Origin: the human T2T-CHM13v2.0 reference genome, Homo sapiens
Strand: one strand, 5' to 3'
DNA: 64,000 bases
NCBI RefSeq assembly: GCF_009914755.1
Contig: NC_060948.1
In this document: piece after piece, positions 42,235-56,135 of the stretch
Layout: the number at the start of each line of letters is the position of its first letter
Numbering within the stretch: position 1 is the first letter of the stretch
Notes under the pieces: model-generated
Databases searched by the model: none
Seen by the model: the letters and a program-made list of their open reading frames with translations, nothing else
What the model was told of the DNA's origin: nothing
Translations under genes and position numbers: made by a program

Positions 42235-45200
42235 TCAATAGGAATGAAATAGAATGGAATTCAATATAAGGGAATGGCATCCAATGGCAAGGAATGGAGT
42301 GGACTCCAATGGAAACAACATGAAAGGAATATAATATAATGGAATGGCATTGAACGAAATGGAAAGCAATGGAGTTAAAAGGTAAGATATCGAATGGAAA
42401 AGAATTGAATGGACTCGAATGGAATATAACGGAATGGAATGGACTCGAATGGAATGTACTAGAGTTGAATGGAATCGAATGGAATGGAAAACAGTGGAAA
42501 GGAAAGGAAGGGAATTGAAAGGAAAGGAATAGAATGGAATGGAATCGGATAGAATGGAATTGAATGGAATGGAAACTAAAGGAATAGAATAGAAAGGAAT
42601 GGCATTGAATGGAATGGAATGGAATGGAATCAGATGGAACAGAAAGGAATGGAATAGAATCGAATGGTATGGCATCGAATGGATTGGAATGGAAAGGAAT
42701 GGAATGAACTCGAATGGAATGTACTCAAATGGAATAGAATAGAATGGAATGGAAGTAAATATAATGGACTCGAATGGAATGGATTGGAATAAATTGGAAT
42801 TGAATGTATTGGATTCGATTGGAAAGGAATGGAATGGAATGGAATGGATTCGAATGGAATGGAATCGAATGGAATGGAACGAATTGGAATGTAATTGAAT
42901 GGCGTCGAAAACAGTAGAAAGAAATGAAGTTTAATCGAATGATATCGAATGGAATTGAATGGAATGTACGCGAATGGAATGGACTGGAATGGAATGGACT
43001 CTATGGGAATGAAGAGGAGTGGAGTGGACTCGAATGTCATGGAGACGATTGGAATGGAAAGGAATGCAAAGGAATGGAATGGAATGGAATCTGATGCATC
43101 GCAATGGAATGGAATGGGGTCGAATGGAATAGAATCGAAAGGAATGGCATCCAATGGAATGGAAACGAATTGAATGGAATGGCATGGAATGGAATGGAAA
43201 GGAATATAATGGAAAGGAATCGGATGGAACGGAATGGAATGTAATGGAGTCGAATGGAATAGAATCTAATAGAATTGCATTGATAGGAATGGAATCGAAC
43301 GGACTCGAAAGGATTGGAGCCTAACAGAAGAGAATCGAACAGAATAGCATCAAATGGAATGGAAATGAATGGAATGGAATGGAATGGAATGGAATGGAAT
43401 GGAATGGACACACATGTAATGGACTTGAATGGAATGGAATCAAATAGAATGGACGCGAATGGAATGGTCTCGAATGGAATTTATGAAAATAGAATGGAAT
43501 CGAAATTCATTGAACATTATGGAATGGAATCAAATGGAATGAAATCGAATGGAAGGAACCGGAATGGAATGTACTGGAATAGAACGGACTCGAATGTTAC
43601 GGAAAGAAAAGTAAGTGATTCGGATGTCTTTTAATTGAATGGAATGAAATCAAATGGAATGGAAAGGAATAAAATGGAATGGAATGAAATAGAATGCAAT
43701 AGAATGGAAGGGAGTGGAGTCGAGTTGAATGGAATCGAATTGAATGGAATAGAATGGAATAGAATCAAATGGAATGGATTCGAATGCAATGGAACCGAAT
43801 GGAATGGACTGGAACATAATGGAATCGAAAGGAATGGAAAGGAATTGAATGCAATGGAAAGCAATGGAATCGAATGTAATGGAGTCGTATGTAGTGGAGT
43901 CGAATGGAATGGAATCAAATGGAAGGAAAAGAATACAATCGAATGGAATAGAATAGAATACAACAGAATGAAACGGAGTGGAATCGAGTGGGATGGAATA
44001 GAATTCAATGGAATGGAAAGGAATGGAATCGAATGGAATGGAATCGAATGGAATGGAACCGAACAAAATGGAATTGAACAGATTAGAATCGAATGGATCC
44101 GAATCGAATGGAATGGAATATAAGGGAATGGAATGGAATGGAATGGACCCAAATGTAATGAACTCTAATGAAATGGACTTTAATAGAATGGATTAGAAAA
44201 CAATGGGCTCGAATGGAATTTAATCAAGTCGAATTTAATGGAATGGAATGGAATGCAAAACTATGGAATAGCATCAAATGGAATGGAACAGAATAGAGTG
44301 GAATGGAATGGAATACACAGGTATAGAACAGACTCGAATGTAATGGATTGCAATGTAAGTGATTCAAAGGGAATGGAATCAAATGGAATATAATCAAATG
44401 GAATGGAATGGAGTCCATTGGAATGGAATAAAATGGAATGCAAACAATGGTACAGAACTCATTTGAATCTAGAGGAATGGAATCGAATGCAATGGAAAAG
44501 AATGGAATGGACACGAATGGAATGGATTGGAAACAAATGGAATGGAAAGGATTTTAATCATACAGAACAAAATAGAATGCAATGGACTCGAATGAAATGG
44601 AGTCGAAGAGAATAGTATCAAATGGAAAGGAATGGAATGCAATCGAATCGAATGGAATGTTAATGAAATTAATTGAAAGGAATAGAATGGAATGAAGTGT
44701 AACGGAAAGATATCGAATTGAATGGAATTGAATGGAATGGACACAAACGGAATGGACTGGAATGGAATGAACTCGAAAGGAATGGAATGGAGCGGAACGG
44801 ACTCGAGTGCAATGGAATCGAATGGTATAGAATAGAATGGAATGGAATGGAAAGGAATAGAAGGGAATGGAATCGGATCCAATGGGACAGATTGGAATGG
44901 GGTAGAATTGAATAGAATCGAATGGAATGGCATCGAATGTAATGGAATGGAATGGACTCGAATGGAATGGAGTGACATGTAATGGAATCGAAAGGAATGG
45001 AATCGAATGAAATGGAATTGAATGGAATAGAAAGGAATAGAATGGAATGGAGTTTAATGGAAAGATATTAAAAGTAATGGAATGGAATTGAGTGGACACG
45101 AATGGAATGGACTGGAATGGAAAGGACTCGAATGAAATGGAGCGCATTAGAATGGACTCGAATGGAATGGATTGGAGTGGAATGGTCTCGAATGGATTGG

Positions 45201-46045
45201 AAACGAATGGAATGGAAAGGAGTAGAATGGAATGTAATCAAATGGAACGAAATGGAATGGAATGGATTCGACTGGAACAGAATTGAATGGAGTGGAATTG
45301 ATTGGAATGGAATGCAATCGAATGGAATGAACACGAATGGAATAGAATGAAATGAAATGGCATAGAATGGAATGGAATGGAATGGAATGGAATGGAATGG
45401 AATGGAATGGAATGGAATGGAATGGCATGGCATGGAATGTGATGGAATGGAATGAAATTGATTGGAATGGGATGGGCCCAAAAGTAAAGGACTCAAATAA
45501 AAGGGACTCAAATAGAATGAATTGGAAAGAAACGGTCTCGAATGTAATTCATTCGAATGGAATGATATTGAATGGAATGCAATAGTATGGAATGGTATCG
45601 AATAGAATGGAATAGAATGGAATGGAATGGAACGGAATGGAGTGCATTTGAACGGACTCAAATGCAATAAATTGCAATATAATTGATTCAAATGGAATGG
45701 AATCGAATAGAATGTAAACAAACGGAATGGAAGGCAATGCAATGGAAAGGAATCGAATGAAATGGACCCGAGTGGAATGGACTCACATAGAACAGCCTTG
45801 AATGTAATGGATGACAATGTATTAGATTCGAAAGGACTGAAATCGAATGGAATGTAATCAAATAGAACGGAATTGAATGCATGGAATGGCATAGAAAGTA
45901 ATGCAATGGAATGGAATAGACTGGAATGGAATGGAATCGGATGGAATGTAATGAAATGTAATGGAAGGAATGCCATGGAATGGAATGGAATGGAATGCAA
46001 TGGGCCGGTGTATAATGGAGTGCAATGGAATTCAGTGGAATGTAG
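42235..46045 (+). repeat. Higher-order unit U12, 3811 bp
   Basis: Anchor spacing. Tract A -1, tract B +1. Confidence 0.92.
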
Positions 46046-49000
46046 TCAATAGGAATGAAATAGAATGGAATTCAATATAAGGGAATGGCATCCAATGGCA
46101 AGGAATGGAGTGGACTCCAATGGAAACAACATGAAAGGAATATAATATAATGGAATGGCATTGAACGAAATGGAAAGCAATGGAGTTAAAAGGTAAGATA
46201 TCGAATGGAAAAGAATTGAATGGACTCGAATGGAATATAACGGAATGGAATGGACTCGAATGGAATGTACTAGAGTTGAATGGAATCGAATGGAATGGAA
46301 AACAGTGGAAAGGAAAGGAAGGGAATTGAAAGGAAAGGAATAGAATGGAATGGAATCGGATAGAATGGAATTGAATGGAATGGAAACTAAAGGAATAGAA
46401 TAGAAAGGAATGGCATTGAATGGAATGGAATGGAATGGAATCAGATGGAACAGAAAGGAATGGAATAGAATCGAATGGTATGGCATCGAATGGATTGGAA
46501 TGGAAAGGAATGGAATGAACTCGAATGGAATGTACTCAAATGGAATAGAATAGAATGGAATGGAAGTAAATATAATGGACTCGAATGGAATGGATTGGAA
46601 TAAATTGGAATTGAATGTATTGGATTCGATTGGAAAGGAATGGAATGGAATGGAATGGATTCGAATGGAATGGAATCGAATGGAATGGAACGAATTGGAA
46701 TGTAATTGAATGGCGTCGAAAACAGTAGAAAGAAATGAAGTTTAATCGAATGATATCGAATGGAATTGAATGGAATGTACGCGAATGGAATGGACTGGAA
46801 TGGAATGGACTCTATGGGAATGAAGAGGAGTGGAGTGGACTCGAATGTCATGGAGACGATTGGAATGGAAAGGAATGCAAAGGAATGGAATGGAATGGAA
46901 TCTGATGCATCGCAATGGAATGGAATGGGGTCGAATGGAATAGAATCGAAAGGAATGGCATCCAATGGAATGGAAACGAATTGAATGGAATGGCATGGAA
47001 TGGAATGGAAAGGAATATAATGGAAAGGAATCGGATGGAACGGAATGGAATGGAATGGAGTCGAATGGAATAGAATCTAATAGAATTGCATTGATAGGAA
47101 TGGAATCGAACGGACTCGAAAGGATTGGAGCCTAACAGAAGAGAATCGAACAGAATAGCATCAAATGGAATGGAAATGAATGGAATGGAATGGAATGGAA
47201 TGGAATGGAATGGAATGGACACACATGTAATGGACTTGAATGGAATGGAATCAAATAGAATGGACGCGAATGGAATGGTCTCGAATGGAATTTATGAAAA
47301 TAGAATGGAATCGAAATTCATTGAACATTATGGAATGGAATCAAATGGAATGAAATCGAATGGAAGGAACCGGAATGGAATGTACTGGAATAGAACGGAC
47401 TCGAATGTTACGGAAAGAAAAGTAAGTGATTCGGATGTCTTTTAATTGAATGGAATGAAATCAAATGGAATGGAAAGGAATAAAATGGAATGGAATGAAA
47501 TAGAATGCAATAGAATGGAAGGGAGTGGAGTCGAGTTGAATGGAATCGAATTGAATGGAATAGAATGGAATAGAATCAAATGGAATGGATTCGAATGCAA
47601 TGGAACCGAATGGAATGGACTGGAACATAATGGAATCGAAAGGAATGGAAAGGAATTGAATGCAATGGAAAGCAATGGAATCGAATGTAATGGAGTCGTA
47701 TGTAGTGGAGTCGAATGGAATGGAATCAAATGGAAGGAAAAGAATACAATCGAATGGAATAGAATAGAATACAACAGAATGAAACGGAGTGGAATCGAGT
47801 GGGATGGAATAGAATTCAATGGAATGGAAAGGAATGGAATCGAATGGAATGGAATCGAATGGAATGGAACCGAACAAAATGGAATTGAACAGATTAGAAT
47901 CGAATGGATCCGAATCGAATGGAATGGAATATAAGGGAATGGAATGGAATGGAATGGACCCAAATGTAATGAACTCTAATGAAATGGACTTTAATAGAAT
48001 GGATTAGAAAACAATGGGCTCGAATGGAATTTAATCAAGTCGAATTTAATGGAATGGAATGGAATGCAAAACTATGGAATAGCATCAAATGGAATGGAAC
48101 AGAATAGAGTGGAATGGAATGGAATACACAGGTATAGAACAGACTCGAATGTAATGGATTGCAATGTAAGTGATTCAAAGGGAATGGAATCAAATGGAAT
48201 ATAATCAAATGGAATGGAATGGAGTGCATTGGAATGGAATAAAATGGAATGCAAACAATGGTACAGAACTCATTTGAATCTAGAGGAATGGAATCGAATG
48301 CAATGGAAAAGAATGGAATGGACACGAATGGAATGGATTGGAAACAAATGGAATGGAAAGGATTTTAATCATACAGAACAAAATAGAATGCAATGGACTC
48401 GAATGAAATGGAGTCGAAGAGAATAGTATCAAATGGAAAGGAATGGAATGCAATCGAATCGAATGGAATGTTAATGAAATTAATTGAAAGGAATAGAATG
48501 GAATGAAGTGTAACGGAAAGATATCGAATTGAATGGAATTGAATGGAATGGACACAAACGGAATGGACTGGAATGGAATGAACTCGAAAGGAATGGAATG
48601 GAGCGGAACGGACTCGAGTGCAATGGAATCGAATGGTATAGAATAGAATGGAATGGAATGGAAAGGAATAGAAGGGAATGGAATCGGATCCAACGGGACA
48701 GATTGGAATGGGGTAGAATTGAATAGAATCGAATGGAATGGCATCGAATGTAATGGAATGGAATGGACTCGAATGGAATGGAGTGACATGTAATGGAATC
48801 GAAAGGAATGGAATCGAATGAAATGGAATTGAATGGAATAGAAAGGAATAGAATGGAATGGAGTTTAATGGAAAGATATTAAAAGTAATGGAATGGAATT
48901 GAGTGGACACGAATGGAATGGACTGGAATGGAAAGGACTCGAATGAAATGGAGCGCATTAGAATGGACTCGAATGGAATGGATTGGAGTGGAATGGTCTC

Positions 49001-49851
49001 GAATGGATTGGAAACGAATGGAATGGAAAGGAGTAGAATGGAATGTAATCAAATGGAACGAAATGGAATGGAATGGATTCGACTGGAACAGAATTGAATG
49101 GAGTGGAATTGATTGGAATGGAATGCAATCGAATGGAATGAACACGAATGGAATAGAATGAAATGAAATGGCATAGAATGGAATGGAATGGAATGGAATG
49201 GAATGGAATGGAATGGAATGGAATGGAATGGCATGGCATGGAATGTGATGGAATGGAATGAAATTGATTGGAATGGGATGGGCCCAAAAGTAAAGGACTC
49301 AAATAAAAGGGACTCAAATAGAATGAATTGGAAAGAAACGGTCTCGAATGTAATTCATTCGAATGGAATGATATTGAATGGAATGCAATAGTATGGAATG
49401 GTATCGAATAGAATGGAATAGAATGGAATGGAATGGAACGGAATGGAGTGCATTTGAACGGACTCAAATGCAATAAATTGCAATATAATTGATTCAAATG
49501 GAATGGAATCGAATAGAATGTAAACAAACGGAATGGAAGGCAATGCAATGGAAAGGAATCGAATGAAATGGACCCGAGTGGAATGGACTCACATAGAACA
49601 GCCTTGAATGTAATGGATGACAATGTATTAGATTCGAAAGGACTGAAATCGAATGGAATGTAATCAAATAGAACGGAATTGAATGCATGGAATGGCATAG
49701 AAAGTAATGCAATGGAATGGAATAGACTGGAATGGAATGGAATCGGATGGAATGTAATGAAATGTAATGGAAGGAATGCCATGGAATGGAATGGAATGGA
49801 ATGCAATGGGCCGGTGTATAATGGAGTGCAATGGAATTCAGTGGAATGTAG
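46046..49851 (+). repeat. Higher-order unit U13, 3806 bp
   Basis: Anchor spacing. Tract A -1. Confidence 0.92.
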
Positions 49852-52800
49852 TCAATAGGAATGAAATAGAATGGAATTCAATATAAGGGAATGGCATCCA
49901 ATGGCAAGGAATGGAGTGGACTCCAATGGAAACAACATGAAAGGAATATAATATAATGGAATGGCATTGAACGAAATGGAAAGCAATGGAGTTAAAAGGT
50001 AAGATATCGAATGGAAAAGAATTGAATGGACTCGAATGGAATATAACGGAATGGAATGGACTCGAATGGAATGTACTAGAGTTGAATGGAATCGAATGGA
50101 ATGGAAAACAGTGGAAAGGAAAGGAAGGGAATTGAAAGGAAAGGAATAGAATGGAATGGAATCGGATAGAATGGAATTGAATGGAATGGAAACTAAAGGA
50201 ATAGAATAGAAAGGAATGGCATTGAATGGAATGGAATGGAATGGAATCAGATGGAACAGAAAGGAATGGAATAGAATCGAATGGTATGGCATCGAATGGA
50301 TTGGAATGGAAAGGAATGGAATGAACTCGAATGGAATGTACTCAAATGGAATAGAATAGAATGGAATGGAAGTAAATATAATGGACTCGAATGGAATGGA
50401 TTGGAATAAATTGGAATTGAATGTATTGGATTCGATTGGAAAGGAATGGAATGGAATGGAATGGATTCGAATGGAATGGAATCGAATGGAATGGAACGAA
50501 TTGGAATGTAATTGAATGGCGTCGAAAACAGTAGAAAGAAATGAAGTTTAATCGAATGATATCGAATGGAATTGAATGGAATGTACGCGAATGGAATGGA
50601 CTGGAATGGAATGGACTCTATGGGAATGAAGAGGAGTGGAGTGGACTCGAATGTCATGGAGACGATTGGAATGGAAAGGAATGCAAAGGAATGGAATGGA
50701 ATGGAATCTGATGCATCGCAATGGAATGGAATGGGGTCGAATGGAATAGAATCGAAAGGAATGGCATCCAATGGAATGGAAACGAATTGAATGGAATGGC
50801 ATGGAATGGAATGGAAAGGAATATAATGGAAAGGAATCGGATGGAACGGAATGGAATGGAATGGAGTCGAATGGAATAGAATCTAATAGAATTGCATTGA
50901 TAGGAATGGAATCGAACGGACTCGAAAGGATTGGAGCCTAACAGAAGAGAATCGAACAGAATAGCATCAAATGGAATGGAAATGAATGGAATGGAATGGA
51001 ATGGAATGGAATGGAATGGAATGGAATGGACACACATGTAATGGACTTGAATGGAATGGAATCAAATAGAATGGACGCGAATGGAATGGTCTCGAATGGA
51101 ATTTATGAAAATAGAATGGAATCGAAATTCATTGAACATTATGGAATGGAATCAAATGGAATGAAATCGAATGGAAGGAACCGGAATGGAATGTACTGGA
51201 ATAGAACGGACTCGAATGTTACGGAAAGAAAAGTAAGTGATTCGGATGTCTTTTAATTGAATGGAATGAAATCAAATGGAATGGAAAGGAATAAAATGGA
51301 ATGGAATGAAATAGAATGCAATAGAATGGAAGGGAGTGGAGTCGAGTTGAATGGAATCGAATTGAATGGAATAGAATGGAATAGAATCAAATGGAATGGA
51401 TTCGAATGCAATGGAACCGAATGGAATGGACTGGAACATAATGGAATCGAAAGGAATGGAAAGGAATTGAATGCAATGGAAAGCAATGGAATCGAATGTA
51501 ATGGAGTCGTATGTAGTGGAGTCGAATGGAATGGAATCAAATGGAAGGAAAAGAATACAATCGAATGGAATAGAATAGAATGCAACAGAATGAAACGGAG
51601 TGGAATCGAGTGGGATGGAATAGAATTGAATGGAATGGAAAGGAATGGAATCGAATGGAATGGAATCGAATGGAATGGAACCGAATGGAATGGAATGGAA
51701 CAAAATGGAATTGAACAGATTAGAATCGAATGGATCCGAATCGAATGGAATGGATTATAATGGAATGGAATGGAATGGAATGGAATGGAATGGAATGGAC
51801 CCAAATGTAATGAACTCTAATGAAATGGACTTTAATAGAATGGATTAGAAAACAATGGGCTCGAATGGAATTTAATCAAGTCGAATTTAATGGAATGGAA
51901 TGGAATGCAAAACTATGGAATAGCATCAAATGGAATGGAACAGAATAGAGTGGAATGGAATGGAATACACAGGTATAGAACAGACTCGAATGTAATGGAT
52001 TGCAATGTAAGTGATTCAAAGGGAATGGAATCAAATGGAATATAATCAAATGGAATGGAATGGAGTGCATTGGAATGGAATAAAATGGAATGCAAACAAT
52101 GGTACAGAACTCATTTGAATCTAGAGGAATGGAATCGAATGCAATGGAAAAGAATGGAATGGACACGAATGGAATGGATTGGAAACAAATGGAATGGAAA
52201 GGATTTTAATCATACAGAACAAAATAGAATGCAATGGACTCGAATGAAATGGAGTCGAAGAGAATAGTATCAAATGGAAAGGAATGGAATGCAATCGAAT
52301 CGAATGGAATGTTAATGAAATTAATTGAAAGGAATAGAATGGAATGAAGTGTAACGGAAAGATATCGAATTGAATGGAATTGAATGGAATGGACACAAAC
52401 GGAATGGACTGGAATGGAATGAACTCGAAAGGAATGGAATGGAGCGGAACGGACTCGAGTGCAATGGAATCGAATGGTATAGAATAGAATGGAATGGAAT
52501 GGAAAGGAATAGAAGGGAATGGAATCGGATCCAACGGGACAGATTGGAATGGGGTAGAACTGAATAGAATCGAATGGAATGGCATCGAATGTAATGGAAT
52601 GGAATGGACTCGAATGGAATGGAGTGACATGTAATGGAATCGAAAGGAATGGAATCGAATGAAATGGAATTGAATGGAATAGAAAGGAATAGAATGGAAC
52701 GGAGTTTAATGGAAAGATATTAAAAGTAATGGAATGGAATTGAGTGGACACGAATGGAATGGACTGGAATGGAAAGGACTCCAATGAAATGGAGCGCATT

Positions 52801-53697
52801 AGAATGGACTCGAATGGAATGGATTGGAGTGGAATGGTCTCGAATGGATTGGAAACGAATGGAATGGAAAGGAGTAGAATGGAATGTAATCAAATGGAAC
52901 GAAATGGAATGGAATGGATTCGACTGGAACAGAATTGAATGGAGTGGAATTGATTGGAATGGAATGCAATCGAATGGAATGAACACGAATGGAATAGAAT
53001 GAAATGAAATGGCATAGAATGGAATGGAATGGAATGGAATGGAATGGAATGGAATGGAATGGAATGGAATGGAATGGCATGGCATGGAATGTGATGGAAT
53101 GGAATGAAATTGATTGGAATGGGATGGGCCCAAAAGTAAAGGACTCAAATAAAAGGGACTCAAATAGAATGAATTGGAAAGAAACGGTCTCGAATGTAAT
53201 TCATTCGAATGGAATGATATTGAATGGAATGCAATAGTATGGAATGGTATCGAATAGAATGGAATAGAATGGAATGGAATGGAACGGAATGGAGTGCATT
53301 TGAACGGACTCAAATGCAATAAATTGCAATATAATTGATTCAAATGGAATGGAATCGAATAGAATGTAAACAAACGGAATGGAAGGCAATGCAATGGAAA
53401 GGAATCGAATGAAATGGACCCGAGTGGAATGGACTCACATAGAACAGCCTTGAATGTAATGGATGACAATGTATTAGATTCGAAAGGACTGAAATCGAAT
53501 GGAATGTAATCAAATAGAACGGAATTGAATGCATGGAATGGCATAGAAAGTAATGCAATGGAATGGAATAGACTGGAATGGAATGGAATCGGATGGAATG
53601 TAATGAAATGTAATGGAAGGAATGCCATGGAATGGAATGGAATGGAATGCAATGGGCCGGTGTATAATGGAGTGCAATGGAATTCAGTGGAATGTAG
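49852..53697 (+). repeat. Higher-order unit U14, 3846 bp (longest, variant type)
   Basis: Anchor spacing. Two 15-bp gains in 51640-51800; tract B +1. Confidence 0.92.
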
Positions 53698-56135
53698 TCA
53701 ATAGGAATGAAATAGAATGGAATTCAATATAAGGGAATGGCATCCAATGGCAAGGAATGGAGTGGACTCCAATGGAAACAACATGAAAGGAATATAATAT
53801 AATGGAATGGCATTGAACGAAATGGAAAGCAATGGAGTTAAAAGGTAAGATATCGAATGGAAAAGAATTGAATGGACTCGAATGGAATATAACGGAATGG
53901 AATGGACTCGAATGGAATGTACTAGAGTTGAATGGAATCGAATGGAATGGAAAACAGTGGAAAGGAAAGGAAGGGAATTGAAAGGAAAGGAATAGAATGG
54001 AATGGAATCGGATAGAATGGAATTGAATGGAATGGAAACTAAAGGAATAGAATAGAAAGGAATGGCATTGAATGGAATGGAATGGAATGGAATCAGATGG
54101 AACAGAAAGGAATGGAATAGAATCGAATGGTATGGCATCGAATGGATTGGAATGGAAAGGAATGGAATGAACTCGAATGGAATGTACTCAAATGGAATAG
54201 AATAGAATGGAATGGAAGTAAATATAATGGACTCGAATGGAATGGATTGGAATAAATTGGAATTGAATGTATTGGATTCGATTGGAAAGGAATGGAATGG
54301 AATGGAATGGATTCGAATGGAATGGAATCGAATGGAATGGAACGAATTGGAATGTAATTGAATGGCGTCGAAAACAGTAGAAAGAAATGAAGTTTAATCG
54401 AATGATATCGAATGGAATTGAATGGAATGTACGCGAATGGAATGGACTGGAATGGAATGGACTCTATGGGAATGAAGAGGAGTGGAGTGGACTCGAATGT
54501 CATGGAGACGATTGGAATGGAAAGGAATGCAAAGGAATGGAATGGAATGGAATCTGATGCTTCGCAATGGAATGGAATGGGGTCGAATGGAATAGAATCG
54601 AAAGGAATGGCATCCAATGGAATGGAAACGAATTGAATGGAATGGCATGGAATGGAATGGAAAGGAATATAATGGAAAGGAATCGGATGGAACGGAATGG
54701 AATGTAATGGAGTCGAATGGAATAGAATCTAATAGAATTGCATTGATAGGAATGGAATCGAACGGACTCGAAAGGATTGGAGCCTAACAGAAGAGAATCG
54801 AACAGAATAGCATCAAATGGAATGGAAATGAATGGAATGGAATGGAATGGAATGGAATGGAATGGAATGAACTCGAAAGGAATGGAATGGAGCGGAACGG
54901 ACTCGAGTGCAATGGAATCGAATGGTATAGAATAGAATGGAATGGAATGGAAAGGAATAGAAGGGAATGGAATCGGATCCAACGGGACAGATTGGAATGG
55001 GGTAGAATTGAATAGAATCGAATGGAATGGCATCGAATGTAATGGAATGGAATGGACTCGAATGGAATGGAGTGACATGTAATGGAATCGAAAGGAATGG
55101 AATCGAATGAAATGGAATTGAATGGAATAGAAAGGAATAGAATGGAATGGAGTTTAATGGAAAGATATTAAAAGTAATGGAATGGAATTGAGTGGACACG
55201 AATGGAATGGACTGGAATGGAAAGGACTCGAATGAAATGGAGCGCATTAGAATGGACTCGAATGGAATGGATTGGAGTGGAATGGTCTCGAATGGATTGG
55301 AAACGAATGGAATGGAAAGGAGTAGAATGGAATGTAATCAAATGGAACGAAATGGAATGGAATGGATTCGACTGGAACAGAATTGAATGGAGTGGAATTG
55401 ATTGGAATGGAATGCAATCGAATGGAATGAACACGAATGGAATAGAATGAAATGAAATGGCATAGAATGGAATGGAATGGAATGGAATGGAATGGAATGG
55501 AATGGAATGGAATGGAATGGCATGGAATGTGATGGAATGGAATGAAATTGATTGGAATGGGATGGGCCCAAAAGTAAAGGACTCAAATAAAAGGGACTCA
55601 AATAGAATGAATTGGAAAGAAACGGTCTCGAATGTAATTCATTCGAATGGAATGATATTGAATGGAATGCAATAGTATGGAATGGTATCGAATAGAATGG
55701 AATAGAATGGAATGGAATGGAACGGAATGGAGTGCATTTGAACGGACTCAAATGCAATAAATTGCAATATAATTGATTCAAATGGAATGGAATCGAATAG
55801 AATGTAAACAAACGGAATGGAAGGCAATGCAATGGAAAGGAATCGAATGAAATGGACCCGAGTGGAATGGACTCACGTAGAACAGCCTTGAATGTAATGG
55901 ATGACAATGTATTAGATTCGAAAGGACTGAAATCGAATGGAATGTAATCAAATAGAACGGAATTGAATGCATGGAATGGCATAGAAAGTAATGCAATGGA
56001 ATGGAATAGACTGGAATGGAATGGAATCGGATGGAATGTAATGAAATGTAATGGAAGGAATGCCATGGAATGGAATGGAATGGAATGCAATGGGCCGGTG
56101 TATAATGGAGTGCAATGGAATTCAGTGGAATGTAG
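53698..56135 (+). repeat. Higher-order unit U15, 2438 bp, internally deleted
   Basis: Tract A (54830-54869) runs directly into AACTCGAAAGG. Sequence equivalent to ~1466-2818 of U1 is absent, as are the corresponding ORFs. Confidence 0.93.

Noticed and set aside
54500-55078. Novel 192-aa 'fusion' ORF
   Set aside because: By-product of the U15 deletion joining two spurious repeat ORFs.
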